64,000 nt of DNA from Patellaria atrata CBS 101060 (lineage: Eukaryota). The stretch spans positions 2,963,561 to 3,027,560 of the forward strand of contig MU006089.1 of NCBI GenBank assembly GCA_010093705.1, given 5' to 3'. Under the pieces are notes generated by a model. The model was not told where the DNA came from, searched no databases, and worked only from the letters and a program-made list of their open reading frames with translations. The position numbers were made by a program, and so were the translations under genes. Below, piece by piece: positions 15,224-26,573 of the stretch (the first letter of the stretch is position 1; every line of letters starts with the position of its first letter).

Positions 15224-16403
15224 TCTGGAGTCGATGTAAGGTGGTCAGTCGGGAAAAGTTGTGCTTGCTGTCTTCTATCGTGTCAGCGACCACGACAGAA
15301 AACTCCGGACAATAGTTGAGCTTCCGAAGGTTGTCTGAATTTCAGAAACGTGTTTTATGGAGAGCCGAAGGAGCTTTGGGCAAGGTTGAGAGAAAATGGG
15401 GTTCGGAAGGAGGTTGTTACGGTAGCCCCTCCACTCGACGAACCGCTCTATTTCAAATCTGGCGGTCGGGTAGTGCAGGCAGGACGCAGGCGAAAGATGG
15501 CAGGCGATGGTGGAGGGATGTCACCAGCGTACAAGTCAAGTAGCTGGTGTTGAAGGGTGATTGTTGAGCGGAGCGCGTTGAAAGAAGTGCACAGCTCAAT
15601 TGCTTGAGATTGACGTTGAAAGGTCCGCCAAGCGCGAGATGGGAACTGCGGTGCCCGTACGCAAAAGGCTGACACCATTTCACCACAAGCCCATGTAAAC
15701 AAGAACATATCACCCTTGAGACTCATCTACTATTGTCACGATACAAATAGAATACCCTACTCTGATCGTAGGGAGTCCCCTAGAATCCGCGTTCGCCGGC
15801 AATTGGAGAGCGCATTGTCGCCTTCGGTGCGGCAAACAGTTCCTGAGAATACGACGCTACAAGATCGCACAGCCACCCTTTTGCTGCTGTAAGCACCTGA
15901 GGCACCCTGGTGGAATCTGGTCGAGTACGGCGTAGGAATAATTCACTAGCCGTCTCTGTACCTGCACCGAATCGATATATCGAACTAGAAAGTTTAGCAA
16001 ACACTTGGAGACAATTCACAAAATACTTAAAGGAGCTTCACGGCCGCGTTCTTGAGAGAGACCCTCTTCACAGCATCAGCCGTCAGCCGCTCGTTCACCA
16101 CCTTTCTCAGTTTGCACCTCCAACCCAACACAACTCTCCTCCACCACCACTTCGGATTCCAATCTTGTTCTTCCCTCACTGCGTCCTCCAAATACATTCG
16201 TTCAATATCCAACCGACACCTTCGGGATACACTCTACGGTTTTACGAGGGGGTCGTGTGTAGTGGTGTGACGAGAAGCTTCTGCGGCAGCTGGTCTTGTG
16301 TCCCGGCCCCAAAACAAAAGCTATATCTAAGGGCGAAGCGCATCCTCGAGAATATTTTTCTGCACGTCTCATAAGAGGGAGATCTGGGAACAAAGCAGCG
16401 ACA

Positions 16404-17539
16404 ATGGCACAAGCTGGAGAAACTGTTATGCGCAGGTAGGTTTGAACGTTGAAAGATTTTGCTACAGATTTTGGATATGCATGTGTCAGAACCCCTGCCG
16501 CATATTGATTTTCCCTTTTTACATTTACCCCCCCATGTTTTCTTCTATTCGGTCCACCAGTCTACCCTCTGTTCATTGCACATTGCTATTTTTACCTCGT
16601 ATTTTCTTTTATTCAAACGATTTTATACCCAGATACTCTGATACTATTGGACTTTCTTTTTTCCGAGGCTCAGGGCTGGACCAGGATCCTAATTCTTCGG
16701 CTACGACAAGAATCCGAGCACACATGCATCAGTTCCCGCTAAGGCACCAAAAATAGTTTTCCGATATCTTGTCGTCTCAAGTTGTCGATCACTCGTATAT
16801 TAATTTTGTCCTATTTTTCTTTTGCATAGAGAATAGTCTATTCGGATTGTGGCTCGCGTTTTCTATACCTTGCCACTTCCCTAAAGAGAAGGCTAACATC
16901 ATCTTCTTTGATATAGGAAGCTAGTCATCATCGGAGACGGTGCTTGCGGCAAGACCAGTTTACTCAGTGTCTTCACCCTTGGGTACTTCCCTACAGTAAG
17001 CCAAAGCATAAGCATCCTACATGACTGATTGAGTACTCACCTTTCCCCAGCGTTACATCCCTACCGTGTTCGAAAACTATGTTACCGACTGCCGCGTCGA
17101 CGGCAAATCCGTTCAACTCGCACTCTGGGACACCGCCGGACAAGAAGACTACGAACGCCTCCGTCCCCTCGCCTATGCCAAAGCCCACGTGATCTTGATC
17201 GGCTTCTCCGTCGACTCTCCGGACTCCCTCGAAAATGTCAAGCACAAATGGGCCGAGGAGGCCCGTGAGCGCTGTCCCCATGTCCCCATTATCCTTGTTG
17301 GTCTGAAGAAGGACCTCCGTGAAGACCCCCTTGCCCAGGAAGACATGAGGAAGAAGTCCCTCAAGTTCACCACCGTCAAAGCCGGTCAAGACATGAAGGA
17401 CGAGATTGGAGCGAGGAAGTACCTCGAGTGTTCGAGCTTGACTGGAGACGGCGTCGATGACGTCTTCGAAGCTGCGACCAGAGCTGCCTTGTTGGCAACC
17501 GATAAGGGCGAGGGTGGTGGATGCTGCATCATTCTTTAG
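16404..17539 (+). CDS. RHO2: Rho-family small GTPase Rho2
   Basis: Exons 16404-16435 ([10 protein letters not shown]), 16917-16995 ([26 protein letters not shown]), 17051-17539. [18 protein letters not shown], CaaX end CCIIL. Confidence 0.95.
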
Positions 17540-18071
17540 GGGTAAAACACGTTCTTCCCGGATCCTTTGAGATTGCTCAGTCATCTCGATCACTCCTTTT
17601 CTTTTCCTGCGGGATGAGACGGATCTTGCTTGTTTCCTAAGCTTTGTTCCTGCGAGATGCAGATGATTCTATTATGCATGGGCGGCGCTTAACGGATGGG
17701 ACATGCTTCTGTCATGGGTTCTTTCTGCGATCTCAAATGGCGTTGAGCGTTCGAGCGACGGGATGACGTTACGCTTCCGAGTGTGAAAAGTCCCTTTCCT
17801 TCACATCTTCTGCTTCCGTCTTTAAATGCTCCTGGGGTACGGGTTTTTGCTCTTTCTCACGGGCGTGTTCATGTGTCGATATACTAATCGGAGAAAGCGG
17901 ATTGTCCGCTGCAGCTGAGATAACGAGCGAAGTAATTACAGAATCTCGAAAATGGAAAACGGAGTGTTAAATGCTACAATTGCTTTTGAACGCCAACGAT
18001 ATTCCATGAGCCCCAGTGAGCCATTCTAATTACAACTTTTCTATACCTCCCCAAACTATCCCTAACATCCC

Positions 18072-18794
18072 TCACCTCGTCCACCCATGATTCCACCCCT
18101 CCCGACTCGGAAAATCCGTCTGCGCTCTCGCATACTCAATTGGCACATTATCCCAAACATCCTTCTTCTCCATCGCAACCCGATACAAGCGTCCAATCTC
18201 CTTGCCCCGCTTACTCTTCACCTTCACTCCCGATGTCTCATCACCCTGATTACCCGCAGCAACAGCCTCCGCCTCAGCAACGGTAACGTCGTTCCCCGCC
18301 TCGTCCATGAGCCGCAGCGCCTCGCACGCCTCCCGCATGCTGTTATACTGCCGCTCGAGCTCGCGCTCCTGGAAGTCCCGCTCGCGGGAGCGGTAGAGGC
18401 GCCAGGCGCGCATGATGGTCCAGTGGCGGAGGGCGCGGAGGCGGGAGAAGCGCAGGGGACGCGGTGTTAGGGGGTGGTAGAGGAAGTAGCGGATTAGTGC
18501 TGTGGGGGTTAGTATGGGGTTGTATATTTGACTGCGGTTGAGGGGATGGGGAGGATGGAAGGGAGGGATGTAGGTGGATGGTGGGTGCTATGTGGGAATT
18601 CGAGGATAATACGCACTTATGCGTGAGTCTTTCTTCACCGTGCCCTTTTTGCGGCCGAGGACCGGGGAAGTACTGAAGGGGGATGTTTGTGTCGTGGGTG
18701 CGGTTGAGGGTGAGGATCGACTTAGTGCTTCGCATTTTCGTGCGAGTGAGAGGCGGGAGGTCAATTTGAAGCGGTAGATAGAGTTATTGGCCAT
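18072..18794 (-). CDS. MRPL28: Mitochondrial large ribosomal subunit protein mL40 (MRPL28-like)
   Basis: Exons 18794-18617 and 18499-18072. Basic N-terminal presequence; LIRYFLYHPLTPRPLRFSRLRALRHWTIMRAW; ELERQYNSMREACEAL; PIEYARAQTDFPSREGWNHGW. Confidence 0.85.
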
Positions 18795-19132
18795 TTTGAT
18801 CGATGGTGGGAGTTTGTACTCTGGGATGTAGCAGTCGTTATGAGATGAGAACTGGAGCTTGAATGTTCGAAGATGAGGATACCGGATGGTCGATGATCAT
18901 TGGATATCGCGCTAACGCTAGCATGTATTTCAGCCTCATTTCTGCCACATGGGCGTATCTTGGCAAAATGGGTCGTGCGGATCCTGGAGCTTCATCAGAT
19001 CCCCGCAAGGTCTTGTTTTCTACCTTATCCAGAACCTCTTGATCACTCCGCAAATCCACCGCTGCTCCTCCACAAGCTGCTACGACAGTCGAAATATGCA
19101 AACCTCATAATTCGCGGTGGTTTATCGCAATA

Positions 19133-19555
19133 ATGCCCGTCTTCCAGAATAACCCCTTCCGCCCCTCCAACCCTTCCACCCCCGGAGGTGTACTCGCGGC
19201 AAAGTACCGCCGCACCCTCCCCAAGCATCCATTCTTACTGTTTGGTCTACCATTCATCACAGTCATGGTCGCGGGATCTTTTTTCCTTACTCCAGCCACG
19301 GCGCTGAGATACGAGAAGCACGATCGGAAAACAAGGTTGGTGACACAGGATGAGATGATGGGTTTAGAAAAGGGAAGGAGAAGGATTGATATTAGGGACG
19401 AGTATTACGTGAGTCACACATTTAAGAGTTGTTGTGGGCTATGGTGGTTCGGGATACTAATTAAGAGATAGCGTCTGGCGGCGAAGGATTTGGATAATTG
19501 GGAGCAGAAGAGGGTGAAACGGCTTCCTGGAGAGATTGATGGTGTTATCGAGTAG
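19133..19555 (+). CDS. COX16: Cytochrome c oxidase assembly protein Cox16
   Basis: Exons 19133-19408, 19472-19555. HPFLLFGLPF transmembrane segment, RYEKHD, DIRDEYYRL..DLDNWEQKRVKRLPGE. Confidence 0.93.
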
Positions 19556-20095
19556 AGTGTTCACTTCAAGAAATTGAATCCCCCTTTGAATGCATTGAAG
19601 TGGTTTAGGTACTCGTGAGGATAGCGTACGGTTGATAGAAGAATACGTTTAACAGGTTTGGGAGAGGCGTTCTAAGCTTGATACTCGAATTGGCGGAAGA
19701 TGTCAGTGCGGACGTCGTCATACTTCATAGTGTGGATAACAGTGAGATCAAGAGATTGGAAGAAAAAAAAAATTCCGTATTTGAAATTGCGCAAGAAGAC
19801 TTTCTATTCGACTTCTCCATATCACTTCCAACTACACCACCATAAGGTACTGTACAACCACGGCGCGGAACTGATGTCTTTGACCAATCCATGTATCAAA
19901 CTTAGTCCATTTCACTCTATAGCTACACCTTTTAAAAATTACCGTTATCCCGGCTCTAAGCCATATATCGGCTTACCCACGAATACAATCGTTCACCTAC
20001 CTCGTGACCAGATTCCACGATATTTGTTGGTCTTTCGACCTTTTCCGGGAAATGTATGTCATGTACTAAGAGGATAAGTTCCATGAATTTGATTA

Positions 20096-21143
20096 CTATG
20101 AGTTGAATTCCTCTATCTGAACATTATTCACAGCAAGTGGCAAAATTTCCGTTTTCAATTCTCTTGTCTTTTTGCCTTTCGGTTCGGGCGCTAGAGAGCA
20201 TCAGCACTTTATATTCTGAGGTGTATCGGTCGACAGTGGCGAAAAAGGTTGTACTTACCTTTCTCGTTCTCTTGCACGTAGAATCTTCGAAGCAACATGA
20301 TTGCTTCTTCTCTGAATATGCCTCCGTATACCGGGTATGGCTTATCTACCCCTGGACTGGTAAATGATCAGCTGATACCTGACAATTTGAGTGCGAAGGA
20401 ACCGAAGACTTACTCGGAATGCACGTTCAAGACTCCTCCTGTACCACCAAAGCGATCATTCCAGCAGCTAAAGTATACCGCTCGTATACCGTACTGGCGG
20501 AGAGCAGACCCGCACATGACGCATGGCTCGACGGTGACGTACAAGTCTGTCTCTTTAAGAATTGATATCGGGTGAGATGTCAAGATCTGAGCAAGCGCGA
20601 TGAATTCTGCATGTCGCGTTCCCTTTTGTGTGTTAGAGACGTTCATTTTGTGAGATGAAAATTCTGTCGGTCACATGCACTAAGCGTTGAAAACTAACTG
20701 TACGCATACACATACAACTGCTTTGACTTGTTGTATAGAAAAATGAAATCGTACGGAGAGTGTAGCCAGCTAGTAAGGCCGTAGATGTACAACGCAATGT
20801 ACAGGAAGTAAGCTCTATCGAGCGTAGTAAAGCAAGATGTTATATCAGAGGCGCCTCTGACATTCCTCCGATTGTACGGAGGAATATGGATAACGTGAAA
20901 GTTCGCAGATTAGATTGGGGATTTCCATACGTTCAATGACTTATTCGTATCATTCATTCCCCTTCCAATAACCTTCCCATTATGGACAAATACACAGCCA
21001 ACTGGTGTCTCGTCATTTGCTAAAGCTAGTTCTGCCTTCCATAGTCAGTCCTCATGTCATACTCGTAAAAGGATAAAGCCTACCATTTTTATTGCCTCAC
21101 GCATAAAAGTCTCATGATATGATCTCTCCTGATGTAATGACAT
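20096..21143 (-). CDS. TAD2: tRNA-specific adenosine-34 deaminase catalytic subunit Tad2
   Basis: Exons 21143-21084, 21035-20931, 20622-20414, 20356-20259, 20190-20096. FMREAIKMAELAL, ETPVGCVFV, GTRHAEF, LYVTVEPCVMC, NDRFGGTGGV, LLRRFYVQENEKAP. Confidence 0.93.
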
Positions 21144-21355
21144 CCTACTGAAAATATTACAAATAGGTGATTATATAATGGAGACAAATGAAGTTCGATG
21201 AAGCTTTGCCGGGAGGTGCGAGATAACCGAATTGCGGACCAATTTCTAAACGATCACGTGTGCATCATCAAATAACCACAACTCAAATGCAACCTGTTCA
21301 AGGTGATGTGCATTGATGACTCAGATCGATGCCTATCCAGACGTGTAGAATTTTC

Positions 21356-23356
21356 TCATTCCTCTTTCATTAACATTTCCTCCATCACCTCCTTCAAACC
21401 CTTTTCTGCCCGCTCTCCATCCCAGATAATTTCTTCAGGATGCTTGAGAGCACTTGCTCGACGCCAATAGAGACTTAAGGAACCATTCTTGACATTTATT
21501 CTGAATCGGGAACTCTGTTTTACACCTGATGTTGTCTTAATAAGCTCGGCGCTCTTGTCAATCTCGCGCACTCCCTCGAAGTCTGGCGCTATTATGGCAT
21601 GTGCAATGAAAACAGCCAGCATATGGTCAATATGCGTAATAGCTTTACTGAACGAAGTTAACTCATAGCGTACGCTACCAGATCGATTATTTTCGTAACC
21701 CAATATAGAGGATAGTGCAGGTGTGACGATGACAGCGTACTGAGTTCCCCAAATTGGCGGATAAAGTTGACCTAGAGATTCGATGACTAATGCTTGATCC
21801 GACGTGTTATTGACTTTTAGAGAACCGAGATCCAAAGTAATACTGTACTGCAGCGGGTTAATAAGTATAGATGTCAAGTTTTCGACTTCTGACCGGGTAT
21901 CGTTTGCGTTAGACGCAATGGTTTTAGAAAGATTTGAAAGGTTTGTGTCTTGTTTAAGAGAGTATTCAAGCTCTAAGCCAGCACTTCTTAGACTTTTGGA
22001 GACTTTGTGGACGTAATCTCTCAAATTTGAGACAGCAGAAGTGTAGTGAAAGTAGCTTAATACTGGTCGTAAAATTGGAGGTGCAGGAGTGTTTTGCGGT
22101 TTATCTGAAAGCGGTGGTGGAATACCAGAGCGCTTACGTAGTCTCCAGCGATGATTATAACATAGAAGAACACGAAGGGCTAGAGCGATTTTCTGCGCGA
22201 GATTATCAGAAGGTCGCTTTTTGGTCTGCATCAAATCCTCGTCTAGAGTTACGAGATCAATTAGGAACCCGGAAACAAGAGATGGATCGGCTTTCAAAGC
22301 TGACGCTTCGGAGAGAGCTATATTCGCATGGATCGTCTGCTCTCTTAGATTGACATGATAACCGGTGAGCACCCGCGCTTCAAGCATCAGTTCGTGAAAC
22401 AGTTCTTCCTCAAAGATGGAATCGCGAGCTTTGTGAATATGATCCTCTAAGGATAATTCGGCCATATTAGACACCAGAGGAGGTTTTGAGGTCCCCACAA
22501 CTTTACCATCGCTGGTTGTCACCCGGATCCGGAGTCCTTTGGGTTTCTGGAGCATCCCCTGGTCCAGTTCGATATTTCCACTCTCATTTGACCGGAGAAC
22601 GGCAAATCCACGACTCCGAAACTGATTAATCGCTTCGAGAAATCCGTACTGTACGCCCAGGGTCAAACGTTGCCTTGGGACTCTTCGGACGGACCACCCT
22701 TTCTCGCTAATTGACAATATTTCCTCCCAATAGGTGGTTTCCCTTCTCACTTCCTTTTCTAGTCGAGTTGCAGCTTTCAAAAGTGTATCTGCTGCAGTGT
22801 TCAGGCTCTTGGCCCTTTGCCCAGTAGCTATCAGGTCCTCAAGTTCCTGGGTTTGGGGATTTGTTTGCGTATTTTGCCATTTGTCATACCCCAACGTTCC
22901 CAACCCTGCAGCTTCTTTCAGGGCTGGGGATACAGTTTGCTCACCGGTTTTCGACTTCTTCGAAATGAGAAGTGAGATAAGGTCCAGAGCATACGCCGCG
23001 TGCTCTCTAGCCGTCCTATGTGCTGTTAATATCTGAATTTAGAATAGAGCAATTATGCAATATGCCTACAAACAATACTGGAAAAGTTCTGATTTGTCTT
23101 TGTAGAGCTCCTCCAAGTTCTTAGTGGTGGGTTCAGTCAGTGTCTCTACACCATCATCCTCTGAAACTTCCTCCTCCTCATTATTGTTTGCCGTTTTATT
23201 TGCGATTTCCTCAAGTAATCCCTTCTCAGTCACATGTCTAGCATGACGGTGCTGTTGACTGATGCGGCTGATGAGTGTTTGTATCGAATTCGCATCTTTA
23301 TCTTCAGTCGGCCAAGCTCTGAGTGCAAGAGGTAGATTGGGATTGATAGTCCCCAT
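21356..23356 (-). CDS. MED17: Mediator of RNA polymerase II transcription subunit 17
   Basis: Exons 23356-23070, 23015-21356. LRAWP, ALDLISLLISK, LLKAATRLEKEVRRETTYWEEIL, LGVQYGFLEA, ARDSIFEEELFHEL (Srb4/Med17 motifs). Confidence 0.88.
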
Positions 23357-23854
23357 GATGCCAGAAGCACGTAAGCTCTTATTAGCAATCCTTTGCAAGA
23401 AAACCTGATACGATGTTCAAAGGGGAGATAGGGCTATCTCCCGTTCTGTAGCGGGTAATACTTCGCAGAATTACGTCTTGTTTGTACCTTTGTAGTTGAT
23501 GTTTTATTAACCTAGCCGAAAAGTCCTTATCGATAACGTGGCTGGGACTTCCAGTATGGCCATACTTGATCGATTGTGACCACACCTCCGATGTTACGAC
23601 TTGTTAAAGGACGGGAGTTTCTATATTGGGATTGGAGTGCAGGGCGTAAAATTTCAGATTTGTTATTGGGTTTCAAGGCCGATCAGTCGTGTTAAACAGG
23701 TTCGACGGATCGACCATTTGGGGTTGGAGGTTTGGCCCGAACTATCGGCTCAACTTGCCGTGATTATTCATTCAAGTAGAGCGGCTGCCCCGAAGACGTC
23801 GGGTTCAATCCACACCTCACTATAACCACAGGGAACATTCCCTACTGTTCAGAA

Positions 23855-25545
23855 ATGACGACAAGATACCGGGTCGAATGTAGATTCAATTATAGCTATA
23901 TCTATGACTGGAACTTATAGCTAACAGTATAACAGATGCTCTCAAGGTCTGTCAGGCTACCCCCTAGTCAGGCAGATTCCGTTACTTACTGCATATAATG
24001 AACAGACGCATCGTCGCGATCAATTAGTAAGGTGTTACAGATAGCTCCTCCTAATGAGCACTAACATTAGATAGATTGAATGGATCAAGGTAATCCTGTC
24101 CAGCTAGCTCCGTATAGTTCAAGAGAGAAAGCGTTGTTGAAATCTCGGTCTTACCGTTCAAACGCCTCCGGATTATACCCACTTCTAACACGTGCGCTCA
24201 ATAGGGATTATTAGCAGTCCCATTCGTATTGCATTCTCAGCCTACAGCTGTGTTTGAGCCACGCCCAGAAACCTCTGACCAGATGGCTATAGGAGCCCAT
24301 CGGCGGTATGCAGAAATCATGCGGGATGTTGAAGATCTCATCAATGACCACAGTCAGCAGCCCAAGATCATCCTCTTTTCTTCTACCCATTTCCTGATAA
24401 CGAATAGTTGCACATCAAAACGCGGGGAAACAAGACCGGTCGAAGCTTAAGCTGCTAGTTCCCTCAGTTGGCACCTTTTTTACCCCCTTATTGCTACATG
24501 ATGCTTTCGTGTACCAAGATGCCCGAAGATTCATCAGTTACCGTCGTTTTGTACCCCCATCATTCAACGATATCCGTCTCATACTCAACACCGCTCAAGT
24601 TATGAGTTTAGTCAGAAGCGGCCCCTTGGAGCTTGTGACATTTGACGGAGATGTGACATTGTATGATGATGGGCAATCCTTGCTCGATGATAACCCAGCT
24701 ATAGCTCGTATTCTCAATCTTATGCGTAAAGGAACACGAATAGGAATCGTAACCGCCGCCGGATATACCGATGCACGAAGATACTTTGAACGGCTGCATG
24801 GCCTCCTGGATGCAATCTATACTTCAGACCTGTCTGTGGGACAGCAGCAGAATCTGATAGTTATGGGTGGAGAAAGCAGCTATCTCTTCAGATTCGATGC
24901 CGAGTCCCCTGATAGATTGAAGCTCGTACCCCGCAAAGATTGGCAGCTCGATGAGATGCTGTTATGGAGGGATCAGGATATCACTGAGCTGTTGAACCTA
25001 GCGGAGCTTGCCCTCAGGGATTGCGTGAAACAATTACATCTCCCTGCAGAAGTAATTCGCAAGGAGCGTGCCGTGGGTATCATTCCTTCTGCCGGCCATA
25101 GATTTGCTCGCGAGCAGCTCGAAGAAACCGTCCTGGTTACACAAAAGATCCTCGTAAGCCTCTCGTCTTCGTTTCCCACCCTCCAGTCTTGTCCCAACAC
25201 AGCCGGGATAAAACTTTCAGGCAGCCAGTACCCATTCTAATGCAAAGGCAGGAAATGTCACCAACATCCCCACGGCTCCCCTTTTGCGCTTTCAATGGTG
25301 GCAACGACGTCTTCGTAGATATCGGTGATAAGTCCTGGGGCGTTATTGCTTGCCAGAAGTTCTTTGGCGGTATCGACGGGTCCAAGACACTGCACATCGG
25401 TGACCAGTTCCTCTCTGCTGGAGCTAACGACTTCAAAGCCCGCCTCGCATGCACGACTGCCTGGATCGCTAACCCATCGGAAACAGTTGCCTTGTTGGAT
25501 GAGATGGAGGAGTTGGATAGGTTAGCTAGGAGGAAGATTGTCTAG
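23855..25545 (+). CDS. ISN1: IMP-specific 5'-nucleotidase Isn1
   Basis: Exons 23855-23879, 23936-23946, 24006-24026, 24075-24089, 24205-24352, 24408-25153, 25252-25545. They give MTTRYRVEYALKTHRRDQLIEWIKGLLAVPFVL, TFDGDVTLYDDG, VTAAGY, FNGGNDVFVDIGDK, HIGDQF. Confidence 0.94.
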
Positions 25546-26573
25546 GGTCGAACTTGGAAAACCGCGGCCTCCGACCTAGATCCATTGGCCTCTATGTACT
25601 CCAATGTGTGCGTGGCGTATGGGTGGGCTGAAGGCAAATGTACATGGGAAAAATTTAGCCAGAGTCTGGATCGACATCATCTGTCCTCAGTCAGATACTC
25701 TCGAATTTACTGCATCCTTCCAATCTCAGTATTACCGTTACACCAGCGTCAATTTCGCTTGGGCAAGTATTATGTGGAGTCATATATTCCATTCTTATTG
25801 GTGACCTTAAGATAAGAGGTCGCCTAATGCATGAAAGATAGCCTGGGAATGTTGTGTGGTAAGATGTTTGTGTGGACTTTTGTGTAGTGTAGAGAAATAT
25901 GAAATCATGGAGGTGATCATTGATGGCATATGTTCTAGTAAAGGACAGTAAAAAGAGATATTGAACTCTAAAGGGGAGACCAAGCCAATTATCCATTCAA
26001 AGGACGCGGTTTAAGAGTTCCGGATTTGGTCCGTCTAGTCTTAGAATGGTTAGCCTCTTCTCTGAGTTCACGAAAGAATCGGTTCCGAATTTGGTCCGTT
26101 TTCAGTGGAATAGTAGAAACGACTATCAGGTGTTTAAACATGAAATTGAGGCTTGTTTCGGTTCATGAATATGATAAATCTTGCGCGCTAACAATGCGGT
26201 ATTTTGTGGATGCCAAGGCATATGTAGTCCATAATTTGTTTCGCCCCCTATCATCGTGCTGAGATATTGCCATTGACGAATAGTAAAATATACCGAATAA
26301 TTAGGGGCAAAAGATTTCCTTCTCTAGGGTGACTAGATGCTCACAGGTGAACTTAATAGAAATGAATGCGTCATCGCACAAATTATTGTGGATAGTTAGA
26401 GAGATGAGCCCTCCATGACAATTTCTGATCAAACAATATAGCTCCCTTCCACTGGCTTTATGATAGTTCTACAGCTTGCAATGGATCTATCATCTCACTC
26501 CAAAGAAACCTTAGAGATTCGTACCTATGGCTGATTGACCGTTCAAATCTATGGCGGCAGAGCGCCATTCTTT

